Shown here in pieces: positions 52,700-64,000 of a stretch of 64,000 bases of DNA. The notes under the pieces are model-generated. The model ran no database searches and was not told the DNA's origin. It saw nothing but the letters and a program-made list of their open reading frames with translations. The translations under genes were made by a program, and so were the position numbers. Source of the DNA: Octopus sinensis. Taxonomy: Eukaryota. Positions within the stretch are counted from its first letter, which is position 1. Each line of letters opens with the position of its first letter. The stretch is taken from positions 83,080,001-83,144,000 of the forward strand of contig NC_043003.1 of assembly GCF_006345805.1 (NCBI RefSeq), read 5' to 3'.

Positions 52700-54400
52700 A
52701 CCTGCTAATTATACTTGCATAGCACTAGGAAAAACCTTATATTCACTTCACTAAAAATTAAAACATAGGGACTGTCTTTATTAGATGTAATGTTACTACA
52801 GAGCAAATATTTAAACACAAAATTTATAACCTGCGAAAAAATATATAGGGGAATCTGTGGTTTCTAGGATACGGAAGAGTCACTTATATTCATTACAAGT
52901 GGATGAGAGCACAGGCGTTACAGATAATTGTAATTTAATGGGCTTCACTGCAGATAATTCTAATTTAATGTGATTAATGTTGTCAATGACACCATTCACA
53001 TGAGTTTATGGTTTGCAAATTGCTTCCAAGGATAACAACAGCTTAAGAAATGTTTGAGCTTCTGACTGATTTTATCATTGAACAAATATTTACTGGGGAA
53101 ATGTGTTGGACTGGATACCGATGGACCATGAGGTAGGTTGACTCAATGGTATGCTCCAGAAAATTCCATCAATAGCACCAGAAGTTGCATCACGGCATTT
53201 TAGTATCAAGAACAAACTTTAGCTGTGAAAAGTATGACCATATTTTTAAACTGCACTCTTCAATAATGTGAAATTTATAAATGACTAGCAGTATCGCCCG
53301 GCGTTGCTCGGGTTTGTAAGGGAAATAACTATAAAGCATTTTTAGAGAGTTATAGCCAAAAAATAGCAAAAGAATGCATTAAAAATGGAAAAAAATTATA
53401 GTAAATTTTTTTAAATCGTTGACTCATCGTAGGCATTTTTAGAGTTACTTCCCTTATATAATAGCAAAAAAATGCATTAAAATGGAAAAAATGATGGTAA
53501 ATTATTTTTAAAATCGTAGACTCTTCGTAGACGCGCGCTAATACCCAGAAGGGCTCGATATGAATCACAACTATAAGATACCCGAATTTGGTTAAACTGC
53601 ACCGCAAAATGTGGGAGTAGTTAGGAATGTAAATCGTAGGAGACAGACACAACTTCACTTTTATATATTGTTTTGGTGTCTTCAAGCCATGAAGTCGTTG
53701 TTCTAAAAGAACGCTGGTCTCCTTGACAACGCATTACGACGTTGATTTCCTTACACTCCCTTCCCCACAGCTTCACGAGGGAGGGAAGAAGGGGTAGAAG
53801 CAGGTGCAGGCATGAGCGAGGACGCCAACTCCGCCGCCATCGACACACGAAAAATTATGCATTAAAATGGAATAAAAAATGATGTTAAATTATTTTTAAA
53901 ATCGTAGACTCATCGTAGACGCGCCCTAATACTGAGACGGGCTTGATATGAATCACGACTATAAGATACCCGAATTTGGTTAAACTGCACCGCGAAATGT
54001 GGGAGTAGTTAGGAATCTAAATCGAAGGGGACAGACACTCACACAACTACAGTTTTATATATATAGATATAAACTCTTGATTGAATAACTAGATCATTAT
54101 TGAGTTGTACAAAGAATCAGAAATTGTGAATTGCAGTTGTTATCAAAAGGAAATATTTGAAAGCATACTTAATTTAGAAAGCATTATCATTTTGTGATTA
54201 ACGACCTCAATCGGCGACTGGTATTATAAGTGCTTTTAAAGATATATTTCCTGAATCCGATAGCATGTGTGACCTTTTATTTCAAATATTAAATTTCTTA
54301 AAATTAAATCTATAAAGCACAAATATTATTAAAGTACATGAGAAGGTGAAAGAAGTAGTTGAAGAAGTCGTCTTTATGAACGTGGAGAGTTTTAAGACGA
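52700..54400 (+). mobile_element. Decayed hAT (Buster/ZBED8/SCAND3-like) transposase, split by a Helitron
   Basis: SLQVDESTGVTD, KCVGLDTDG, ALAVKSM-like and LLSKGNI (compare WLSRGK) fragments in collinear order on either side of the insertion. Confidence 0.55.
53285..54067 (-). mobile_element. Composite non-autonomous Helitron with duplicated 5' module
   Basis: A|TC start (TCTATATATATAAAACTG), hairpin CCCGAGCAACGCCGGG, CTAG|T end, no TSD. About 53500-53668 and 53899-54067 are homologous. Confidence 0.85.
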
Positions 54401-54594
54401 AATTGATACCTTTGGAGCATTATCTAAACCTCCAGAATCTTATTCCGAAATAAACTTTCGATTAGACATGCTTTGTTGCTTAAATGCCAACTGAATTCTT
54501 CGAAATTCCTGGAAATTTGAATAAATATCTTCCTGCAATCCATGCCAACAAAATGTAATTAGCGAACCATTCAGTGTAAAAGAGAAATTGAAGA

Positions 54595-54985
54595 GAAATT
54601 GCTTAGCGGTATTACGTTCAAAGTTCAAATTCTACCGAGATCAACTTGAACTTTTATACTCCCGTGGTTAATAGAATAAGTACCAGTTGAACACTGGGAT
54701 CGATGTAACCGATTTACCCTCTACCCCAACATAGCTGGCCTTCTGCTAAAATTTGAAACCAATATTTCTCCGGCTATAAGTGACCTGGAAAAATCATTAC
54801 CACGCCGGTAATGCTTAGCAGCATTTTGCTCAGCTTTATGTTCTGAGTTCAAATTACACCGTGGTCGATTTTGCCTTTCATCGGTTTGAATCGATAAAAT
54901 AAGTACCAGTTAAGCATTGAGGTTGATGTAATGGGCTTAGTCCCGCCTTGAAACTGCTGGTCTTGGGCCAAAATCTGAAGCCAAA
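54595..54985 (+). mobile_element. Two tandem family A SINEs (old tail)
   Basis: TGCTTAGCGG..AGTTCAAATT..AATAAGTACCAGTT..GGATCGATGTAACCGA occurs twice (about 54595-54762 and 54800-54985). Confidence 0.82.
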
Positions 54986-55703
54986 ATTTGAAGACAAGGT
55001 CATCTTGAAATGGCAATAACTAAAGGACTGAGGCCGATTCTTTTCTTCAACTCTCTGTCTTTCTCTTTCTCTTACTCTCTCAGTTTCTCTTGTTGGCTTT
55101 TGTTCTATCTCTCTCACACATTCTCCCTCGTTCTCTGCCCTGTCTCTCATTTCTTAATCCATTCTGTCACACTTCTGCTTAAAACCGATTATGTTGCGGC
55201 TATAGAAAATGTGCAGGAAGATTATTGAAATCGTCCTTTTTCCATAAATTAATAGATAGTGACTAAAACGGAAAAAAAATCTGATATGCTTTTGGGGCCG
55301 GCCAAGAACTAATTGACGTGAAGTACAGCAAAGGAGGGAAATGTACAAAGATATCTGATACACATTCTGTTCGAAAAGTGTTTAGTCATACGTCCAGAGA
55401 AGACCTAGGGTAGAATTACAGAAAAATGTGTATTTCAATTTATAAGGAGAGCTTAAGTATATGTCAGTCATACTGTTTACATTTTTTACATAAACTATGC
55501 TCTGGAGAGTTGAATAAATATTTTCAAGACGCAGCCCATAGTTAATATTGACAATTCGATTGGCAAGTCAAAGCTCGACGGCTTTGGACAAATGTCATTC
55601 CCTGTTTGGTTTTCATTTAAAACAGTTTAAACGAATGATAAAATATAGTTTGATTGATTGTTTTCTATATTAGGTCATGTGTGTGTGGGGGGGTGCATTA
55701 TAG

Positions 55704-55762
<59 letters not shown>

Positions 55763-56334
55763 GATATAAATATATGCGTATGTAGGTATAGAACTATATA
55801 TATATATATATAAGCATATCTATGAATATATACGTGCATACATAAGTATATATATAAGGGAAGATCACGCACATAATATTATATATATATATGTGGGGGA
55901 AGGTGTCTGTATCTGTGTATGTGTGTATGCATGTATGTATGTGTGTATGTGTGCATGTATGTATATGTATATGAGAACTTTAAGTTAGGTAAAATATGTT
56001 TATGACATATTTGAACTTCTAAAGGCAAATTCACTTGGTAAACGGTGTAAAAACTGGGAATCCGACAGGGGGCAGATATAGTATTTTTACATCCTCACTT
56101 TATTATTATTATTAGTGTATTTGAAATAGTTCTTTCGTTCGACATTCTGCTTTCGTGTCTCTTCTTCTTTCTACTCTTGACCATTCTATTCTATCTTATT
56201 CTTTCATTCCTTAATTGATTTCAGCTTTTGCGTGAGATGTAAACAAGTATCGTGCCCTTCTATTTGACAAAAAAAAAACAGAACTTAGATACCAAAAAAT
56301 TTGTAGCCGATTCAAATATATTCTGTAGATTTCC

Positions 56335-56548
56335 ATTTCGGATACATTGGTTTCAAATTTTGTCTCAGGGTCAACAAGCTCAGGAAGGATCCAAGTCGGT
56401 TTTATCGAACCCTGTTGTCAACTGGTCATTTTGTTGTAAAACCTGAAAGGATGAAAAGCAAAGTCGATTTCGGTGGTATTTGAACTCAGAACATACAGAG
56501 GAGCACTAAATATTTTACCCGGCCTATTAATGATTCTGCTACTTCGAC
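56335..56548 (-). mobile_element. Diverged family A SINE
   Basis: GAAAGGATGAAAAGCAAAGTCGATTTCGGTGGTATTTGAACTCAGAAC. Confidence 0.8.
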
Positions 56549-58819
56549 ATACTATTCTAGAACGATATATTAACAAAACACATCTCCGATATTTACTCCC
56601 AATGTGGTGCGTGCAATAACTGGGTATAACTCCAAGAATAGTGTAACATATAAAATCTATTGTTGCTGTTTAATTTCACTATATTCCCACCAACGAAAGA
56701 TTTTGAACTTCAGCTTTTTCAATTTACACTTATCCGGAAACATGTGCGTGTGCGTGCGCACGTGAATGTATTTGTGACATATTGGTTAATTGACTTATTA
56801 ATGCATTGATTGACTCTTTGAATTATAGTTCAAGTTCTCTAGGTTGATTTATATTTTATTGTCCTGTTGGTTTACTGTGCTCTTATATTAATGTCGTTTG
56901 ATGGTTTCCTCTGTTGCTTCAAAGATTTGCTGTTCAAATATAAAACTGCTTTAATTGTTTAATGATTTATTACTTTATTGATTTGTTCATCAATTCTTGA
57001 ACTTGCTTCTTGGTCTTTGGACGTTGATTTCACCAGTTTTTTTTTTGTAGTAATTACCACCTTTGTAACTTTGTTGTTATTTTATTGAGTTGATGCAGTG
57101 TTCGTTCTTTTTTGTTAAACCCCAACAGCAGACCTATGATCAAACACATTCTAACTTTGACTATCCAATCTTTTTTTTTATAGAAATAGAGTTCCTTAGA
57201 CTACATTATCAAATTTGTCCTACCTTTTTTTATGATGGTCGGGTATAATTTGAGGGAGATTCCATTGTTATTTCTAGTAAGTCGAAACGCCGCATAAATA
57301 ATTTTTCATGTGTGTTGTTGATGTAATTTATATGCGGCTAATTAAATATCATGCTTCTAATTATTTACTTGTAGACATATTAGAGATTAATAATGAGCAG
57401 TTCAATACCTTGATTATCAGATAGTTAATTTATTCAATGTTTTTTATATATTTATCATAATTCATGCATCTCCGTAACTTTTTATTAGATTTTAGTTACT
57501 GCTTGTCAATTTCCTCCTTCCAGACGATCACAATGTCGATTGCATACCATATTTATACAACAACAAAAATCTTTATTGTTCTTCCTGTCTTTCGAACTTC
57601 AGATTCATTTAAGGAAAGCAATAATCAGAGAGTTAACAAGGTATATACTTGAAAAGAATGTAGGGTCAAGTCAACTGAAATATCAAACGTCAGATTGTGG
57701 CATATTACAAATAATAAAATTTTGGCACGCACGTTTTTACCATTAATTAATTTACAGAGATCATTGGCCTGTATGTAGTCATTTATTTCTCCATTGACAG
57801 GGAGGACAGTTTACAGACATTCATTTATTTATCAATTAATGACAATCTCCTTAATGAATTAGTGGTTTATGTCGGTGTGACATAGATTAGATATAAAACC
57901 AAAATAGTCATGTGAGATGAAATAGAGGTCATAGTTGTTGCTTCATAACAACTTATAACGATAGACCACTTTATTTTCCGTAGTTTTTTTCCCTATCTAT
58001 TTCTAACGACATGTGGTGTCGTTATACCTTTATTGATTTTTATATGCATTGTTTGATTACTTTAAATCGATTCACTATTCTTGTCATGGTGCATTTGTCT
58101 AATCAGAGTTTTACGTTGAAACCTTTGTTGAATATCTTTGTTCAGTCAGTTATTGAGTTCTGTTGCTGTGCTTGATTTAACAATTATGTTTTGTTTCATT
58201 CAGCAGTTCGCATGGTGTTCTCAAGGGCTTATCTCCACAGCTATACGAAACTTTTTCTACATTATCTAAGTTGTTTTTGTTTACCCTGAAGCGAACCATG
58301 ATTGTCTCAACCTCTGATCAAAATATTTCAGTCGTGATCAACTCGTTTTTTTTTCAGTACAACCTTATCGAATGGGCCCTTCATATAAAAATATGATATT
58401 AAGGTGTGATTTTATGAAGATTTCGCTGTTATTTCTTATAAGTCGAATAACGACAAATATATTAGCACGACGTCATTTCTATACTTTGGAGAAGTGGGTA
58501 AGAGTTCCTTTCTGTAAACCATCCGAGAATTTCGAAGTATATTTACAGTTTGGGGGGATTATTATTATTATTATTATTGCTTTCATGGAAGGAATGTATC
58601 TTAACTTCTCAGACCGGAACTTAAGCATTTGATTTGAACCGTGTTCCTATCAATTAAATAACAGTGTAAGTATAGGGTAGGTTTCATCAATAACGGTATT
58701 CTGTCATTCTTGTTTCATTATGCAGCCTTTTTTTTACCTGCATATATTTGCACACATATACACACACAAACACACATACGAGATGCAGACACACAGACAT
58801 ACATAAACACACACAGATA

Positions 58820-58990
58820 AGTATATGGTTGGGTATTCCGCTCACGATTGTAAGCTTGTGAGTTTGATTCCCGGCAGCGTGCTGTGTCCTTGAGCAAGAC
58901 ACTTTATTTCCATTTCAAATTGTTCTAGTTCAATCAGACAGCAAGATGAGTTGTACCTATAATTCAAAGGGCCAGCCTTCGCACATTCGG
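58820..58990 (+). mobile_element. SINE family C fragment
   Basis: GAGTTTGATTCCCGG (box B-like), GTGTCCTTGAGCAAGACACTTTATTTC, ATGAGTTGTACCT..CAAAGGGCCAGCCTT. Confidence 0.7.
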
Positions 58991-61698
58991 GAGTTTTTAC
59001 TCCTTCATCAGCACCCATCGAATCTATTAATCATTCCCGAACTCAATGCTTAAATAGCCACTACATATAGAGGAGTAACGTTATTGGAGATACCAATTTA
59101 CATATTAAACACATTCTTGGAAGCTGGTCCGTAAATATTAATGATGTCTAGGCACACAGTATTTCGTTAAGCAAATATAACATACTACAAAGAATATTAA
59201 ACATTTTTAAAAGTCAATACTGTGTATTACTGTGTTAGCAGTAGCACACATTTATTTATATCTGACGTCCCGGACACGAAACGCCGTAACAAAATCAGAA
59301 CATCTGTAGAGATGACCTTAACACGTGATTTAAGTGTATTGTTAACACAGTAGTACACCGTATTGACTTATAAAAAGTTTACTATACTTTATAGCATATC
59401 ATGGTTCCCTAACAAAATAGCGTGTGCCTACAAGACATTAATATTTACGTGCCAGCCGCCAAGAATGTGTTTAATTTGTACATTTTTATATCCGAAAACG
59501 TTACACCGCTAAATGTAGTGGCTATTTAAGCAATGAGTTTGTTGATGATTAAAAGGTTATATGTGGGACTGAAGAAGGAGAAGAAACTCGTAAAATAGGC
59601 ACTTATGTGACCATTACCAACGTTTTCATCTGCGATATCATTGTTTGTTCGCATCTGATGACACGGATACGAAACGTCGTAACAAAATCAGCACCCTAAA
59701 CCTTTTAGATTTAAACCTATGGAGATTTAGTGGTTGTGGGGCCAAAATACAAATGGTCTATTTCACCTTTGTCCTCTTCGCACCAATTTTGAAGAACCTT
59801 AACCATATGAAAATAGTGCATTATTGTCCAGGAAGATTAATACGAGAAAACAATATTTGTAACAAGATGAACATGATCAACCAAAATACACAGATAATCT
59901 TTGGTGTTGACTCCTTCATATAGAACTAAAGAGCTAAGAAATTCCGGGACATGGCTGTCCGAGTCCTCACATAGCTACCTCTATCTTTCAACAGTCTACG
60001 AGGAAGTCTTGTATTAACTGTCTCCGGATTTAAAGTTGTCCCGGTGTGAAAAAGAGCAAATGATGATTCACCAAAGATATCATTATTCCATTGAATAGTT
60101 GACAACTTCTTATAGTCGAGTCACCATTTCTTATGCTTATCAATGCTGGTGGGTGGTAGGAAATGTTTAGCAATTGCAACCCTCCATTATTGCTTACCTT
60201 CATTTCGTAGGGTTCCAGTCACAAGGGATCAAAATGTCAATCAGAATACATAGATTTTCATATCAGTTTTTGATTTAAAACATCTGAGCTTACTTGTACC
60301 ACGTATTCTCAATTTTATGTGAATCTTTTTATATATAGCCTAACTGAAATTGGTACTTGCTCGATACTGCGATTCTCACTTCTGTGAATAACCATTGATA
60401 TTGTTCAGGTAAAAATAGCCCTTCCTGTTTCTACTTTTAGTGCAGATATTTTGAGCTATTAGTAGATTATAGCTCACATCAGTTTCGTCTATTTTTACTG
60501 ATCACCTTCAACGTATCGCTTCATTTTAAAACTAATCTTGCATAGAGTCATGCTTGGATGACTTAATCCGGAGAAAGACGGGGCTTTTTTGATATTATAT
60601 CCATATTCAAATCTTTGCCGCTTAATCAGTGGAAGAACTATGACAATATTCATATGAAAGGAATTAATCTTCAGAGAGGGGAGCTTTACCTCCTCCAAAT
60701 GTATTCATTGGACAAGTGATGGTGCTATATCGAGTGATAGATTCAGTCAAAATCCTCAAGCATATCGTTGAATGTTCTATTAATGAGAAGCTCGTATTTT
60801 TTATTTTATTTTTTACGACCGAACTAAATTACTCGTGTATATATTTTTAAGACAATAGAATGTGAATCGAACAAAAATTGACTACTGCATCAGACGTATC
60901 GATCTGCGATACACAGACTTTCTCGTTGGATCGTGTATAATATTTTACTAATATTGATATAATGAATCTTCAAATTTGTTAATAGAGTATGAATGGAAAG
61001 AAAATGTAGCAAGAATAAGGAGCATCTGTGACGTATTCCCGTTTTATGAGGGTGGAGCTACATTTTTTTATCTCTTAATCTCATGCTGTGTTAGTGGAAT
61101 TTAATATTTAACATGACAAAATTGATATAATGCCTCGTTATTAGGGTTGCTTTGTGTATGAAGAGTTCCTTCAATGCCCAAGCGTATAGTTTAATCATGT
61201 CATGTTTAGATTCCTGTTTCTCTTCTCTCCAATCATCAATGATTATTCCTTTTGTAAATAGCTTTTCTTTACAAACAATACATCATTTTCCGACATCTTT
61301 ATGTTACATTAATACGATGTTATTATTTTCCAGATGAGCAGCCTAGTACATTTATCAGAACTTCGATATTGTTGGTAAACAGGTTACTGTTCAGGAATTT
61401 GGGCGCCCTGTGATAGCTTTATTTTGAGGAATAAATATTGTTTTCCCTTTTAGTTACTAAGTGGATGTTGGTATTGATCTGTGTAGTAATTTATTGAAAG
61501 TTGTTGTACATTTGCTTGTGTCCTGGTAAAGTATTTTAAGCAGAAATTGATAATTTTATCAGTTCTGAGATCTTTCCTGTTGCCACCAGTCCTCGATGTA
61601 TTGATAAATATCCACGAGTTTAGCTTCGTCGTGCCTGGGGTCTATTTGAGTTTTTCACATTTGCCTTGCTTCTTAATCCATTATGCATTATTTGCTCA

Positions 61699-61699
<1 letters not shown>

Positions 61700-61755
<56 letters not shown>

Positions 61756-61805
61756 CAACATCATCATCATCATCATCATTATTATTACTATTATTATTAT
61801 TATTA

Positions 61806-61854
<49 letters not shown>

Positions 61855-61975
61855 CATCATCATCATCATCATCATCATTGCTACTACTACTACTTTTACT
61901 GTTACTACTACTAATAATATAATCACCATCATCCTCATCATCAGCAGCAGCAGTAGTAGTAGTAGTAGTAGTAGA
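61700..61975. repeat. Compound (ATT/ATC/ACT/AGC/AGT)n array
   Basis: Directly visible. Confidence 0.97.
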
Positions 61976-62550
61976 AAAGGTAGTTGATCAACTAAATTGA
62001 TAGTGGATCGGCTTAGATAGCTTGAAATATTTATTGCAGACCTCCAAATTGAAAAAGTACCAGTGAAGTTCTGAAGTCGATTTATCGCCTTTGCTACAAT
62101 CTTTCCTCTTGCTTTGGGCTTACTTCAGAAATTTCTATTTTTATCATTACTGGAATTAGTAGCAGTAAGAGCGAGTGTTTTCACAGATTGGTATCTGCAT
62201 TATATAACATTCTGTGCTCAAATACAGCCGACTTTCATTTGCAACAAAGCAGAGTCTGATAAAAAGCCCCGCGAAAGGCCAGGTGATGGCGTTAAACCTG
62301 AAAACGGATAAAACTCACATCCGAAGAACAGAAACGGGATTTATGGGGAACGCGTAATTTTCGGCTAAAGCTAGAAATCATTATTTTAGTGTTTAAACTA
62401 AACTATAAGGCCTCCCATATTTTGTTACTGTTATCAGTTATTGCTCTGTGGCTATGCTAAGGCATTGCCATCCAAAGTTTTTACTGAATACATAGATGGA
62501 TCCAGGTATTTAGATTTTTATATATTTCATTGATCTGCAGTATTTCTCCA

Positions 62551-62927
62551 AGCATGCCTGTGTGGTAAGAAGCTTGCTTCCGAACTACATGTTTCGGGTT
62601 TTCAGTCCCACTGCTTGGCACCGTAAACAAGTGTCTTCAACTATAGCCTCGGACCAACCACAGCCTTATCAGTGGATTTCGAAGACGGAAACTGATCAGT
62701 GGATTTCGAAGACGTACTTGTGCTTGTTCTCTCCGCCATGACAGCTTGACAACCGGTACTGGAGTGTTTACACATCCGTAACTTCGGAAGTCGACAAAAG
62801 AAACCGACAGAATAAAGCCCAAGCTTTTAAAATTAAGCGCTGGAATCGATACATTCGACTAAAAATTCCTCAAGGTGATACCCATCATGGTTGCAGTTTA
62901 ATGACTGACACAAATAAAACATAAAAT
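62551..62927 (+). mobile_element. Diverged family B SINE with an 18-bp internal duplication
   Basis: Head and tail motifs are present. CAGTGGATTTCGAAGACG occurs twice at about 62669-62714. Confidence 0.82.
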
Positions 62928-63007
62928 CTATCGAACGGCTTCGTATAATTTTGATATAGCTATACATACATATTCATCTATGTATATATGTACATGCATA
63001 CAATGTA

Positions 63008-63527
63008 TTGGGTTGTCCGGAAAGTTCATGCCGATTTATAGTAGCTTACATTTCAACTTATTTTAGAACATGGTTGAGTCCATAAAATATGATTTGACTA
63101 CACCTCCATTTAGAGCACAGTTTAAGCTATCTTTTCGTGGAAGAAGGTTTATGTTCCTATAAGCTGTGTTAATTCTGTAACCCTTTAAAATGGAAAATAA
63201 GAAAGTTCATTTTCGGCACTTGATGTTTCGGCTGGTATGTGTTACCCCACCCTCCACATTCACCAGATATTACTCCTTCGGATTTCCACTTATTCAGGTC
63301 TCTGCAGAATAGTCTTAATGGTAATTACTGGGATGACATAAAAGATGAATTCTTTGCCATGAAACCACCTCAGTTCTGGGAAGAGGGTATTTTCAAGTTA
63401 AAGGAAAGATGGAGACGCACTGTGCAACAAAATGGTTCATATTTGATTGATAAAAAATGTAATGGCAAGTATTTATTGACCTTTTTCTTTCCTTTAAAAG
63501 TCGGCACGAACTCTCCGGACAAACCAA
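63008..63527 (+). mobile_element. Internally deleted mariner with TIRs and TA TSD
   Basis: TIR TTGGGTTGTCCGGAAAGTTC. ORF LPHPPHSPDITPSDFHLFRSLQNSL..FWEEGIFKLKERW carries a YSPDLAPSD-type motif. Confidence 0.93.
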
Positions 63528-63854
63528 TATTTATATAGATATATGTTAAATATATGTAACTATACATGTAAGTATATATGTTCAACATAAGGTGGAGAAA
63601 ATATTATTCGAATACCAAAGTTTTAATTCAATATAATTTTATCCAGGCTTAAAATACTTCACAAATTGTTACAAAATATTTTACGCAACTGTGCATCACA
63701 AAGTTTAGAAAATTCTGAAAATATAATATTTTATAAATAAATTATTATATTATTTTGAATTCTCACAATTGTCTAATGGAACAGCTACGTGAGACTCAGC
63801 ATAACAGCTTGTGACTTTTCTAGCCTCAATGAAAAATGTGTGCATGTGTGTTCG

Positions 63855-63885
<31 letters not shown>

Positions 63886-64000
63886 TGTGTGTGTGTGTAT
63901 GTGCATGTGTGTATTTTTGTCTGTGTGTCTGTGGGTCTTTGTGTGTGAGAGACAGCTTGTGTATGTATATGTATGTATATGTATATATATATATAGATAG

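Overview
AT-rich eukaryotic genomic DNA dense in microsatellites and transposons. The SINE repertoire looks like Octopus (coleoid cephalopod); this is recalled pattern recognition, not a database match. I could not recognise any intact host protein-coding gene, RNA gene or CRISPR array, so the window reads as intergenic DNA or a very large intron. Most ORFs in the supplied track are microsatellite read-throughs. The real protein-like signals are decayed transposon fragments: five mariner/Tc1 remnants (two families have intact TIR + TA ends), an RTE LINE, several R4/Dong-like and one HERO-like RLE retrotransposon fragments, two Penelope-like fragments, a hAT (Buster/ZBED8-like) remnant and three Helitron-like elements. 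There are also more than 20 tRNA-derived SINE copies from three families. The most interesting structure is at 32.4-33.8 kb. Two copies of a LINE-like 3' end sit inside one (GATA)n array, and their terminal ~50 nt are homologous to the tail of the young SINE subfamily in this window, suggesting a microsatellite-associated LINE and its SINE partner. Other notable items are tandem R4/Dong fragments at an (AAT)n array, a Helitron with two 5' ends, a near-perfect foldback element, hammerhead-like motifs and a 541-bp (TA)n-bounded duplication that may be an assembly artefact.
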